A DNA stretch of 54,877 nucleotides, counting the filler, from Malassezia furfur (taxonomy: Eukaryota), in NCBI GenBank assembly GCA_052055015.1. It is 2 parts of 2 records of this genome, joined end to end, with 100 filler letters (N's around TTAATTAATTAA, not from the genome) between each part and the next. Parts side by side here need not be neighbours in the genome. Positions count along the whole stretch, not along the records: positions 1 to 27,391 come from JBQJIT010000116.1; positions 27,492 to 54,877 come from JBQJIT010000117.1. One strand, given 5' to 3'. The number at the start of each line of letters is the position of its first letter. Position 1 is the stretch's first letter. The translations under genes and the position numbers were made by a program. Under the pieces are notes generated by a model that searched no databases, was not told the DNA's origin, and worked only from the letters and a program-made list of their open reading frames with translations. Below are positions 23,792 to 34,648 of the stretch, piece by piece.

Positions 23792-26614
23792 ATGGTCCAG
23801 GAGCGAGAAAAGCGCGCGAGGGCCGAGGAGGCGCCCGCGACGCCGCCGCGCTCGCTGATCGAGCGCGCGCCGCTCTATGCGCCCTTTAGGATGCTGGGGT
23901 GCATCACGAACGGCACGCCCTTTGTGCTGCAGGCGCGCTTCGGCGGAAAGGACGCGCAGACGCCCGACGTGAACCTCATTACGAGCGTCGGCGACGCCTG
24001 GGCGATGTGGAACGCGGACCGCATGACCCTGCTGTTTGTCGGGCCCATGCTGCAGCATCCGATCTCGAGCATGGCGGTCTCGACCTCGCCGGATAGCCTG
24101 CTCGTGGCCGCCGGCCCCAGTGTGCACCGGTACGTGCGTGGGCGCCAGGTGGCCCAGTACGACACTGAGGACGCGGACACGCTGCTCAGTGCACTCCTCG
24201 TGTTTGGCGATTACGTCGTGGCGCTCGCCGCGGACGGGCTGAGCGCGTTCGTGTGGTCGCTCACCACCAACGAGCTGCTCCAGGTGCTGTCGTTTGGGGG
24301 GTGGGTCGCGTCGTGTGCGGTGCACCCCGCGACCTACCTCAACAAGATTGTGCTGGGCGGCGCCGACGGCAGCGTGCAGATCTGGAACGTGCGCACTGGA
24401 CAGCACATCCACACGTTCGCGCGCGACCAGGTGCGGAGCAAGTCGCAGGCGGGCGTCGTGCAGCTGACGCAGTCGCCGGCCGTGGACGTGCTGGCGGTGG
24501 CCTACGCGGACGGCTACGTGGTACTGTTTGATGTCCGCCTTGGGCACACACTCTTTTCCGTGCACGTCGACGGCGGGCTTGCGGCGGGGTGCGTCGCGTT
24601 CCGCACGGACGGCGAGGCACATACGCTGGCTGTGGCGACGCGTGCCGGACGCCTCGTGCTGTTTGACCTCGCAAGCGCCGAGGACGGCGGCGTGCCACGG
24701 CTGCTGCACTCGGTGCAGCACGCACACGACGGGCCAATTGGCTCGATCGAGTTCGTGCCGGGCCAGCCGCTGATGCTGTCGAGCGGCGCGGACAATGCGG
24801 TGAAGGCGTGGTTCTTTGAGTCGCCGACGCTGCCGCCGCGCGTGCTCAAGTCACGCAGCGGGCACGCCCTGCCCCCCCACCTGATCCGCTACTATGGCGA
24901 GGACGGGCGCGACATGCTGACGGCGTCGCGTGACCGCAGCGTGCGGTGCCTGTCGGTGGTGCGCGACAGCCGGTCGTTTGAGCTGAGCCAGGGCGCCATC
25001 GCGAGCAAGGCGTCCAAGCTCGAGGTGGATGCGGCGTCGCTGAAGGCGCCGCCCGTGTCGGCGCTGTCGTACAGCACGACGCGCTCGCGCGACTGGGACG
25101 ATGTGCTCACGACGCACGCGGGCGACCGGTTTGCGCACACGTGGACGGTGCGTGACAAGCACATGAACCACGACCCCGTCACGCTCGGCGCCAAGAAGCA
25201 CCGCGCGGTCGGTACCGCGGCGTGCGTGAGTGCGTGCGGCAACTTTGGCCTGATCGGCACGACGCGCGGCGTCGTCGATGTGGTCAACATGCAGAGCCAC
25301 ATCCGCCGGCGCACGCTCGACACGGGCAGCACCGCGCCGATCACCGACGTGGTGAGCGACGCGGTGAACGCCGTGTGCCTCGTCAGCACCCAAGAGCCGG
25401 TGCTGCACGTGTTCGACTTCCATACCGGCAAGAAGACGACGAGTGTGCCGATGCCTGCGCCCGTCGTTGGCCTGCGCCTTCACCGCGAGTCGAATTTGGT
25501 CGCGGTGCTTGGCGAGGACCTGGTGCTCTCCATCCTGGACCTCGAGACGCTGCGCATTGCGCGCCGGTTCACGGGCTTCCGTGGGCGCCTCCTCGACGCG
25601 ACCTTTTCCGCGGACGGGCGCTGGGTGGTGGTGTGCAGCACGGATAGTGTGGTGCGCACGTTTGACATTGCCACGGCACAGCTCATCGACGCGTTCCGCA
25701 CGCCGAGCATGGCGACGAGCGTGACCTTTTCGCCGCTCGGTGACTTTTTGGCGACTGCGCACGTCGACAGTGTGGGTGTGCACCTGTGGGTGAACTGCGC
25801 GCAGTTTGCGCCCGTGGCGCTGCGTGCGCTGCCGCAGGGCGAGGCGGCCGTCGAGCGCGACGCGGTGCTCCCCACCATGCAGGGCGTCGAGCTCGAGGCG
25901 GCGGGCGATGCGCGCGACGCGATCGCCGAGCCGGAGCTGCAGCGTACCTATACGAGCCCGCCGCAGCTCGAGAGCGAGCACGGGCCGCTGCTCACGCTCA
26001 GCACCATGCCGCGCGCGCGGTGGATCTCGCTGCTGCACCTCGACACGATCCGGCAGCGCAACAAGCCGACCGAGGCGCCCAAGAAGCCCGAAAAGGCGCC
26101 CTTCTTTTTGGACGCCGCGCCTGTGGCCGCGCAGGGGGGTGGAGAGGCGGCACAGGAGGAGCCGCGGGCGCCGCTGTCGCACCGCACGCACCTGCCCGTC
26201 GCGGTCGAGTCGGCGTTTGAGCGCCGGCTGCGTGTGGCGGTCGAGGCGCGCGACGTCGCGCCGCTGTTCACCTACCTGCACACGCTGTCCACGCCGCAGC
26301 TCGACATGACCATCCGCGAGCTTGAGACGCCGGCGCAGCAGACGCTCTTTTTGCAGGCGCTTGCGCTGCGCCTCGACGCGCGCCGCGACTGGGAGGCGGT
26401 GCAGGCGATGCTCGCGGTGTTTTTGACGGTGCACGCCGAGTCGGTGCAGCAGCACGGCGCGCGCGCGGACGCCGACGACGCCGAGGGCGCCGCGCTGGGG
26501 CAGGCGCTGCGGACGCTGCTCGCCGAGCAGCAGCGCGTCACGGAGCACATGGTGGATTCGCTGGATTATTGTATGGGCACGCTTTCGTTGCTACGGAATG
26601 TGCCGCTCCTGTAG
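23792..26614 (+). CDS. UTP21: U3 snoRNP/UTP-B WD40 protein Utp21/WDR36
   Basis: [26 protein letters not shown]-terminal [20 protein letters not shown]; real start taken as ATG 23792. Confidence 0.94.
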   Translation: MVQEREKRARAEEAPATPPRSLIERAPLYAPFRMLGCITNGTPFVLQARFGGKDAQTPDVNLITSVGDAWAMWNADRMTLLFVGPMLQHPISSMAVSTSPDSLLVAAGPSVHRYVRGRQVAQYDTEDADTLLSALLVFGDYVVALAADGLSAFVWSLTTNELLQVLSFGGWVASCAVHPATYLNKIVLGGADGSVQIWNVRTGQHIHTFARDQVRSKSQAGVVQLTQSPAVDVLAVAYADGYVVLFDVRLGHTLFSVHVDGGLAAGCVAFRTDGEAHTLAVATRAGRLVLFDLASAEDGGVPRLLHSVQHAHDGPIGSIEFVPGQPLMLSSGADNAVKAWFFESPTLPPRVLKSRSGHALPPHLIRYYGEDGRDMLTASRDRSVRCLSVVRDSRSFELSQGAIASKASKLEVDAASLKAPPVSALSYSTTRSRDWDDVLTTHAGDRFAHTWTVRDKHMNHDPVTLGAKKHRAVGTAACVSACGNFGLIGTTRGVVDVVNMQSHIRRRTLDTGSTAPITDVVSDAVNAVCLVSTQEPVLHVFDFHTGKKTTSVPMPAPVVGLRLHRESNLVAVLGEDLVLSILDLETLRIARRFTGFRGRLLDATFSADGRWVVVCSTDSVVRTFDIATAQLIDAFRTPSMATSVTFSPLGDFLATAHVDSVGVHLWVNCAQFAPVALRALPQGEAAVERDAVLPTMQGVELEAAGDARDAIAEPELQRTYTSPPQLESEHGPLLTLSTMPRARWISLLHLDTIRQRNKPTEAPKKPEKAPFFLDAAPVAAQGGGEAAQEEPRAPLSHRTHLPVAVESAFERRLRVAVEARDVAPLFTYLHTLSTPQLDMTIRELETPAQQTLFLQALALRLDARRDWEAVQAMLAVFLTVHAESVQQHGARADADDAEGAALGQALRTLLAEQQRVTEHMVDSLDYCMGTLSLLRNVPLL

Positions 26615-26654
26615 AGTAGGTAGCACCGGAGCGCGGCCAACGCACGCACGGCAC

Positions 26655-27391
26655 TTAGGCGTCGCGGATCTTTTCGGCCCACTGGCGCAGCGTGCTGGCC
26701 AGCACGCCGGGAAGGGCCTGGACGTCGCGCACGATCACGTACGAGTCGAACGGGAAGGTATCGATGTACCGCTGCATCTGGAGCTGCAGCTTGCCCGCCG
26801 CGTCGGTGTGATACGACACCTGGTTCATCGTCAGGATGGAGCTGCGCGACGGCTTCTCGTCGTCGTCCGCCGCGTCCACCACGACAAACACCAGCATCAC
26901 GCGCTCGGCCATGGCGCGCCGGATCTGCGCACGGAGGCGCTCGTGGTCCTGGCACACGCCGTCCGAGATGATGATCTGCAGCTGCCACAGCTCGGCACCG
27001 GTCGCGGACGCGCGCGTCGCACGCGCCGTGCGCAGCACCTCGAGCGTGCTCGAGAGCAGCGCATGCACGTCCGTCGACGTCTGGTCGAAGCGCAGCTTGC
27101 TCAGAATCTGGCCGCCGTGTGCGTCGCTGAACGACGCGGCGCCAAACTCGTGGAGCATCTCGACGTCGCGTCCAAAGCGACACACGGCCACGTCGCCGAC
27201 CTCGAGGCGCATCATGGCACCGGTCACGAGCGCGAGCGTCTGGTACGCAAGGTGGATGTTGCGCCCCTCGGCCATGCTCTTGCTGTCGTCGATCGACAAC
27301 AGGACTTGGTACTCGCGCGCGCTCGGCTTGGTGCGCCGCAGCCAGATCTTGTCCTTGGCAAAGTCGGACGCAATGTACGGGATGATCTTGC
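26655..27391 (-). CDS. MDN1: Midasin/Rea1 C-terminal MIDAS (vWA) domain; gene cut by the assembly gap
   Basis: KIIPYIASDFAKDKIWLRRTKPSAREYQVLLSIDDSKSM, QLQIIISDG, YIDTFPF, LRQW. Confidence 0.93.
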
Positions 27392-27491
27392 NNNNNNNNN
27401 NNNNNNNNNNNNNNNNNNNNNNNNNNNNNNNNNNNTTAATTAATTAANNNNNNNNNNNNNNNNNNNNNNNNNNNNNNNNNNNNNNNNNNNN
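27392..27491. other. Artificial contig-join linker (44 N + TTAATTAATTAA + 44 N)
   Basis: Exactly 100 bp with a six-frame stop cassette in the centre. Confidence 0.95.
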
Positions 27492-27614
27492 CAGGCCCCC
27501 CGCCCGTGCCCCCGAACCGCCGCTGGTAGCGTAAGAGCATAGCATCCATTGACCTTATCCAAAAACACAACCGCGTTGCGGCACTACTAGTACATGGCGA
27601 GGCGTCTCGCGTCA

Positions 27615-30153
27615 CTACGTCTCCTTGGAGCGCTGCGCGGACGCAGACCGCCCGGGCGTCGGCACACGCCCTTGGGTCTCGCTCGATGGCGCGCGCGACG
27701 GCGCGTGCGACGTGCGCGCCGTAATCACATCCAGTAACGAAATCCCTGTGCTTGACGCCGCGCCCGGCAGCGGGCGGCTCAGGCTCGTTTTGCCGCTGCC
27801 CCAGCGCAAATTGCGCCGCGCCGGCAGCCGGGTCGGCGCGCCGCTCGACTCGGGCGCGGGAGACAGCCCCGGCGACGCCGCGTGCTCCCGCTTCACCTGC
27901 GGCACGGCCTCGGGCGGTGTCGCGGTGCCGCGCGCCTCGGCGGGCGCCGTGGTGGGCTCGGGTGCATCGGTCGGCACTTTCGCTGGCGCCGGCGGCGTCG
28001 CAGGGCGCGGGGAACTCGTCGACGCGCTCGGCGTGCGCGCATGCGCGCGCTTCGGCGGCGCAGCACGCGCGGCCGTCGGCTCCTTGGGCGCGCGCACCCG
28101 CTCGCTCGCTCGCGGCTCCGACGTGGCGCGCTGCGTACGCGCCTGCTGTCGCGTACGCCCCTCGACGCCGCCCGACCAAAAGAGCGCGAGGTTGGACACC
28201 GAGGTGCGCTCCGGGCCCTTGGTCGCGATCTTCGGCGAGGCGGTCGACGGCGGCGGCGCATGCTCGGTAGTCGAGGCACTCCGCTTGTGCGCCACATCCG
28301 CCGACGCGACCGGCGGTGTAGACGCGCGAGGCGGCGACGCCGGGCCCGGCGTCGGCGTCTCGCGCTTGATCGGCTCCGACTTGGTGCGCATGCCGCGCGG
28401 CGGCGCATCGCTGGCCTTGGCCTTCGGCGCGCGAGTCGCCGGAGTCTGGACAGAGACGGCGCGTGCGGCGCGGCGGTCCGTGAGTGGCTCCGGGTGCGGG
28501 TGGACCGGCCGCCGCGCACGCCGTTGCCCACTGGGCGCACCCCAGTAGGCGGCCAACACATCCGTGCGGGCGTCATGGCCCAGAATGCGGGGGACCTGTG
28601 CGACCTTGCTCTCGTCAAAGTCGCCGTCGCTGTCGTCGCTGCGCACTTCGTACTTGCGCCGCTTGTTGCGCGCAGCGGTTTTGGCGGGCGGCGCAGCGTC
28701 CTCGTCCCGCGCCGCGCGGGCCTGCGCCTTGTGCGGCGATCGCGACCGCGGCTTGGGTGGCCGCGGCGGCGTGTCCACGTCCGATGTGTCCTCCGCATCG
28801 CCGTTCAGCGTCCGGATCGGGCTGAGCTTGACGGGCGACGTCTCGGCGCTGCTCACGGACGAGTCGCTGAGCAAGAGGCGCTGCTTGGGCCCGCGCGGCG
28901 GCGGCGGCGGCGGCGCGCCGCGTTTCACCGGGCGCACGTTGGTGTGCGACTCGGCAGGGTTCTCGGTGGGATACCGGTTCGGCCAGTCCGCCTTGTACAG
29001 CTTGTAGTGCCGCTCGCACCGCGGGCACTCGTCCGGCGTCCACCATCGCTCCGGCGCACGAAAGGCGATCTGGCACGTGAGGCACGTGCATTCGGGACCG
29101 AGGGCGTCGGGGTCCATGGCGTACTGGATGGGGCTCGTAAGTGCCGCAGGCTCGGCCTCGACAGCCGCATGCTGCGTGGAGCTGCGTAAGGTGCGCGCAT
29201 CCTTCGGCGGCGGGGTGTGCGCCGCCGTGCCATTGGTGTCGTGCGCGTCGCCGGACACGTCTTCGTCGGGTGGCGCAAAGAAGCCGCGGTGCCGCCGCTC
29301 GCAGGTGGCGCACATGCACTCGCGGTTGCCCGGCTCAAAGTAGTTTTCGCCATAAAACGTGGTGATTTCTTCATCGCGCTGGATGGGGCGGATGCACCGG
29401 ATCGTGAGCTGGTGCCCCGAGCGCCGAAACTCGGCGTTGGGCTGGCAGTCGTGGTTGATGAAGCGCGCGGGCCCGAGTAGCAGCTGACTCTGCTTGCGAC
29501 TTGACGAACGAATGATGGAAAAGTCGCGCTGAGGACGCGCCGGGCCGCTGCGTGGGTCGGCCGTGCGCGCCAGCATCGCTTCTTCGCGCAGCGCTTCGTC
29601 ATCGGCACGAGTCAGGTCCTTGAGTGCCGCACGGCAGTGCGTAATCACTTCATCGGGCTGGAACGAGCGTAGCGCCAGCACACACAGATCCGTGCGGTCC
29701 GGCGCACGCGCCAAGGCGCCATGCTCGGCATGCTCGCGTCCGAGCGCCTCGATGCGCCGCCGCCGCGCGGTAGCGTACCGGTACGTGATGGCGTACTCGA
29801 ACCCGGCATCCGGCAAATAGGCCTGTAGATACCGCTGGACGTGTGCCTCAAAGACGCGCAACTGCGGGGGCGTCTTGCGCTGGACATGCTTGCGCACCAC
29901 GAGGAGCCTGTGTGAGGATACCGACGTACTGCATAAAAGCGGCAAGCGCGGCGGCAATGTCGCGCTCCCATATAACGTGCTGCCGCACCAGGAGCGACAC
30001 GGCCTCGCGGTCGAAGCGTGCGGGGCGCTGGTGCGGGTTCATTTTGTGCGTCGCAATCGCAGGCTCAAACTCGAGCGTGCTGGGTGAGTGTGGGACGACG
30101 TACTCGAGCAGCATGCAGGAGAGCAGATCGTCATCTGCCGGGAGCTCGTCCAT
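27615..30153 (-). CDS. SET9: Histone H4K20 methyltransferase Set9/Suv4-20; 3 exons
   Basis: DFSIIRSS, LGPARFINHDCQPN, EITTFYGENYF, CMCATCE post-SET; introns 30080-30103 and 29908-29929. Confidence 0.9.
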
Positions 30154-30358
30154 TCTGGACCCGGCAGAACGAACGGGCAAGGCACACACTCTCTACGACG
30201 CTGGCGCGAACGGGTGCATCGCGTGCACGACGGCACACTCTAACATGCCACGCGCCGCGCGGACGGACCTCGGCAGCGAGCTTTGTAAGCATGCAGGCGC
30301 TGCAGGAGCGGCTCGTCGTGCAGCGCTGTGCAGTGCGCCGCAAGGATCCATTCGAAGA

Positions 30359-31619
30359 CTACTGGTAGAACTCCATACGGCCGTCGTCCGGCTTCTTGGA
30401 CAGCTGCTTGATGGCCTCGTCAAAGTCAGCCGGCAGCACCACATAGCGGTTCTTGCGCACGGCCTGCAGACCCGCAGCCTGGCACACCGACGCAATCTCG
30501 GCACTCGACAGCTTGTCGGGCCGGTTCACATAGTCCTCCAAGTCCACGTCCGGACTCAGGTTCATCCGGCTGCAGATTGTCTGGAAGATGAGACGCTTCT
30601 CCCGACGACTCGGCAGCGGGAACTCAATCTTGCGGTCCAGACGACCGGGACGCAGAAGCGCAGGGTCCAGCGTGTCAGCACGGTTCGTGGCCATGATCAC
30701 CTTGACGTTGCTGCCCTGGTCGAAACCGTCCATCTGCGTGAGCAGCTCCAGCAGGATACGCTGCACCTCGCGGTCGGCGCCAGTCTGCGCGTCGAAACGC
30801 TTCGTCGCAATGGCGTCAATCTCGTCGATGAAGATGATCGCGGGCGCATTTTCGCGCGCAAGGCGGAACACGTCACGCACCATGCGCGGGCCCTCACCGA
30901 GGTACTTCTGCACAAACTCAGAGCCCACAACACGGATGAACGACGCAGTGGTGGCGTTCGCCACTGCTTTGACCAGCATCGTCTTACCCGTACCGGGCGG
31001 GCCGTAGAGCAGCACACCGCGCGGCGGGTCGATACCGATCTGGCGGTACAGGTCAAACTGCACAAGCGGAAGCTCAACCGCCTCGCGGATCTCTTGCTTC
31101 TGGACGTCCAAACCACCAATGTCCTGGTAGGTCTCGGTGGGCCGCTCGTTCTGGCCCATCATCATGATGCTCGAGTCGGCCTCGGGTGGCAACACCTCGA
31201 CTAGCGAGTTCGAGTGGCGGTGCAGTGCCACACTGCTGCCGGGGCGCAGCAGTTCCCGGTCAATTGTCGAGAGAATGCGGACGACGTAGTTGGAGCCGGT
31301 CGTGGACCCCACAATGCCGGTCATTTGGTCAATCGGCTCCAAGAACTGGCCGATGACGAGTGGAACAGACTGAATACGCTTTACTTCTTCCTGTGCGCGC
31401 ACCAGCTCACGCTTCAGGTTGCGCTGTTCATCTTTCTGTCATGAGCGGGGGGAAACATACCACATAGTCCTCCATCGTGTTGAGGAACTCGAGCTGCTGC
31501 TGCAGCTTCTTGAAGTAGAGGAATGCATCACGTCCGCTGCGCTCCGTCGTGGGCGCAGCAGCCGGCGTAGCCGACGTCGACGCGTACGACTCGGTCGGCA
31601 CGATCCCAATCTCCTCCAT
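30359..31619 (-). CDS. RPT3: 26S proteasome AAA ATPase Rpt3; 2 exons
   Basis: [39 protein letters not shown]; 25-nt intron 31436-31460. Confidence 0.96.
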
Positions 31620-31689
31620 CGCAAAAGACAAGGGACAACGACGCGTGGCGTCCAGTGGAGGTGGATTTCCCGGGTGTGATCGAGCCACC

Positions 31690-32240
31690 ACGACCGCGAA
31701 AATTCGCAAAGTACCGGCCGGCGGCAGAAGATCGCCGCTGGTGCGTGCCTTCGCCGGGGAAGTCTCGGTATAGGGTTTCTGCAGAAACGAAAGGTATGGA
31801 TGTGGTTTTTTTCAACGCATACGCCAGTGGTAAGCGGCGTGCTATCCATTGTCATGTCAGTACAGGTCAGAGACACCCTGTGTCGCACAGCGTCTATACT
31901 TTCCTTGCGGTCGTGACAGAGGACCGATGTAGGCTACGGAAAGACGCAAGAGCTTTGCCTCCTCACTCCCAAAGTGTCTTGTGGCATCGCGGGAAGCACA
32001 TTTAGTTGCTTCGAGGCAAAATTTTTATAGCCTAAATATACCGTACGCAACAGATGCTTGTTTTGCTCCTAAGCACTTCTCCGGATGATGATACTCTATG
32101 AGTATGAACTTTGCAGGGCCATGCAAAGCCCGGCGTACATAGGCGTACAAAGGGTGGTTCAGTCACGCGCTAGACTGGTTCTCCGCATTCGCGACGCTCT
32201 CCACGCGGTGCTGAGTCATTCCAGTCCGGGGCTTCCTCGT
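31690..32240. ncRNA. Candidate structured ncRNA locus, class and strand unresolved
   Basis: Unusually long ORF-poor intergenic space with several stems, C-box and D-box-like words, and an 11-bp long-range complement (see findings). Confidence 0.35.
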
Positions 32241-32251
32241 TCTTCGATATC

Positions 32252-33154
32252 ATGACGGCCTACAACACTATGGCCGTGCTGGCCTGCGGCACCATGGGCA
32301 CTGCGATTCTTTCTGGTGTGCTTGACTGCCGCCGTAGTCAGGAGGCAGGCGACCAGCCGCCCGAGCTGTCGTCCTCTGTGATCTCGGAAGAAGAAACCGT
32401 GCCACTTCCGGAAAATTACATTGCGACCGTGAACCGTGCGGAATCGAAGCGGCGCCTGGAGCGCACGTTCGAGGAAGAGGGCCACCAGGTCGAGGTGCTC
32501 CAGCAGAACAATGTCGATGCAGCGCGCCGCGCCGATGTTGTGCTGATCTGCTCGAAGCCCCAGCTGCTTCCCCACGTGCTGCAGGAAGAAGGCATGCAAG
32601 ACGCGCTGAAGGACAAGCTGCTGATCAGCATCGCTGCGGGCGTTACTATCAAGCAGATTGAGAAGTATGCGCCGACCGCGCGTGTTGTGCGTGCGATGCC
32701 CAATACGCCGTCCAAAATTCGCGAGGGCATGACCGTCATCTCGCAGCTGTCGTCGAGTTCGCCAGAGAGCGACAAGGCGCTGCTCAAGACCATCTTTTCG
32801 GCCGTGGGGCGCTGCCGCTTCCTGGACGAGAAGCACTTTGATGCAGCAACGGCGCTCGCTGGCTCGGGCCCTGCATTTACCACGCTCTTCTTGGAGGCTA
32901 TGACCGATGGCGGCGTGATGATGGGTCTTCCGCGCCCCGAGGCACTCGAGCTTGCTGCGCAGACTATCCAGGGTGCCGCGCGTATGGTGCTGCAGACGGG
33001 TCGCCACCCTGCAGCAATCAAGGACAGCGTGACGACGCCCGGCGGCTGCACCATCGCCGGCCTGCTGCAGATGGAAGACGGACGCCTGCGCTCCACCGTC
33101 GCACGCTCCATTCAGACGGCTGCCGAGCACGCTGCGGGTCTGGGGAAAGATTAG
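32252..33154 (+). CDS. PRO3: Pyrroline-5-carboxylate reductase
   Basis: ACGTMGTAI, VVRAMPNTP, ATALAGSGPAF, KDSVTTPGGCTIAGL. Confidence 0.96.
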   Translation: MTAYNTMAVLACGTMGTAILSGVLDCRRSQEAGDQPPELSSSVISEEETVPLPENYIATVNRAESKRRLERTFEEEGHQVEVLQQNNVDAARRADVVLICSKPQLLPHVLQEEGMQDALKDKLLISIAAGVTIKQIEKYAPTARVVRAMPNTPSKIREGMTVISQLSSSSPESDKALLKTIFSAVGRCRFLDEKHFDAATALAGSGPAFTTLFLEAMTDGGVMMGLPRPEALELAAQTIQGAARMVLQTGRHPAAIKDSVTTPGGCTIAGLLQMEDGRLRSTVARSIQTAAEHAAGLGKD

Positions 33155-33168
33155 AGTACATAGGGGTA

Positions 33169-34593
33169 TCAACTATAATAGACATCGGAGTGTACCACAA
33201 ACAAGCCATCGGCCAAGCCTGGGAACACGAGCGAATCCGGAAGCCGGTTCGCTTCCGACCAATGCGTGAGCGACATCGCAGCGCGGCGGAGCACCAGGAA
33301 ATACAACCAGATGCCCAGCCAGATGCCCAGCAGTACGAGGCCCACTGGGAGTGACCATCGCCGAATTAATGCAGTAAGCGCGTGGCGCGACGCAGGGGGG
33401 AGCTTAGCGGTGGGACTGGCCTTCTGCGTGGAGTCCAGCCCTGCACGCTTATTGGTCGCGGCCAAGACGAGGTCCTGTGCGGTGGTTGAGGTCGGTGCCT
33501 CTTGTGCCTCTTCGCTCGTTGCCTCCATGCGATCGCCCTCGCTCTCGTCACGACGCTGCCAGCGCGTAAGCGGCGGTGCGCTCTGTGACCGAGCGCGCCG
33601 GGTTGGCAGCTCCCACGCCAGGCTCCATGTAGACTCTTCGCGCCGAAGAGCCGCTACCTCATTCTCGAGCTCGGCGTGCATGGAGTGGAAGGCAGCGTAC
33701 TCGCTCTGGAGCTGCTCGACGGCCGCCAGCGATTTCTCGAGTGTGTCGATGGTCTCCTCCAGCTTGGTGATCGCCATGCGCTGAGCGACACACGTATCCT
33801 GTAGCGCAGCGGCATCGGCTTGCGCAGCATCGACTTTCTCGCGCATCCGTGCCATCTCCTGGCCTTGCTCTTCGAGCTGGTGCTCGAGGGCGACAGCAAC
33901 GTGCTGCTTGACAGCCAGTTCGGCCTGCACCCGCTCGATGCGGCGCTTGTGCGTCTGACACTCGGCCTGCGCCTCGGTAAGACACGTTGTGAGCTCCACA
34001 GCACGCGCTGTGCTCGCCTGGTCGTGTGCATGGGCTCGCTGGAGGTCTCGCTGGAGGCTCGCGCACTGCCGTTCTAAAGCTTGCTTGGCTGTCGCCTGCT
34101 CATCCTTGGTCGCGACGACTGCGTCATGCTCCGACTGGAGCCGCTCGAGCACATCGTTCACCTGTGCGAGTTTGCGTATGAGCACCGAGCGCCGCTCGTC
34201 CTCACCCCGCATTGAGGCAATGTCGCGCTCGGAAAATGCGGTGCGAGGCAGTCCCTTTGTCTTTGGGGTGCCATGCGAGAACGATTCAAATGTCGTGTCC
34301 GGCGACGCGGCGTCGGTGTCGGTGCACAGGCTGTTGTCCAGCAAGTCGTCTGTGTCTGACACGTCCGAGTCGGCGGTGTCGTGCAGCGCACGCACCATGG
34401 CAATGAATGCGTCGCAGTCAATGTCTAAGTGCGCGTTCTCCGAGGCAAAGGCCTCGACCTGGTGCCGCAGATCGGGTGCCATCATAGGAACACCGCACTC
34501 GTCTTCGTATGCACGTAGTAACTGCGGGAGCTCTGCGCTCTCGAGCGCGGTGCGCCCAAAGAGGCGCCGCACGACCCCCTCATCAAAGCCCAT
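33169..34593 (-). CDS. Coiled-coil, C-terminally membrane-anchored protein (Kms1/KASH-like architecture)
   Basis: Helical N-terminal domain, long heptad region, one TM segment LPVGLVLLGIWLGIWLYFLVL, ~40-aa tail; start taken at ATG 34593. Confidence 0.6.
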   Translation of the reverse strand: MGFDEGVVRRLFGRTALESAELPQLLRAYEDECGVPMMAPDLRHQVEAFASENAHLDIDCDAFIAMVRALHDTADSDVSDTDDLLDNSLCTDTDAASPDTTFESFSHGTPKTKGLPRTAFSERDIASMRGEDERRSVLIRKLAQVNDVLERLQSEHDAVVATKDEQATAKQALERQCASLQRDLQRAHAHDQASTARAVELTTCLTEAQAECQTHKRRIERVQAELAVKQHVAVALEHQLEEQGQEMARMREKVDAAQADAAALQDTCVAQRMAITKLEETIDTLEKSLAAVEQLQSEYAAFHSMHAELENEVAALRREESTWSLAWELPTRRARSQSAPPLTRWQRRDESEGDRMEATSEEAQEAPTSTTAQDLVLAATNKRAGLDSTQKASPTAKLPPASRHALTALIRRWSLPVGLVLLGIWLGIWLYFLVLRRAAMSLTHWSEANRLPDSLVFPGLADGLFVVHSDVYYS

Positions 34594-34648
34594 CGGTGGG
34601 AGAGAGTAGCTTACATAAATCCCGACCAGGTCCCTGCGTTGCACCTGC

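Noticed and set aside
27436..27447. TTAATTAATTAA as a biological repeat or transposon target site
   Set aside because: Centred in symmetric N runs; a synthetic six-frame stop linker
31896..32030. ATACTTTCCT...AATTTTTA read as U1 snRNA (or U3 box A')
   Set aside because: Mismatch in the invariant ACTTACC, no U1-70K or U1A loop sequences, and no U3 box A GGATCATTTCT
32172..32210. AGACTGGTTCTCCGCATTCGC resembles U14 snoRNA domain A
   Set aside because: The 18S-complementary CATTCGCAGTTTC is not completed, there is no C box directly upstream, and domain B is absent
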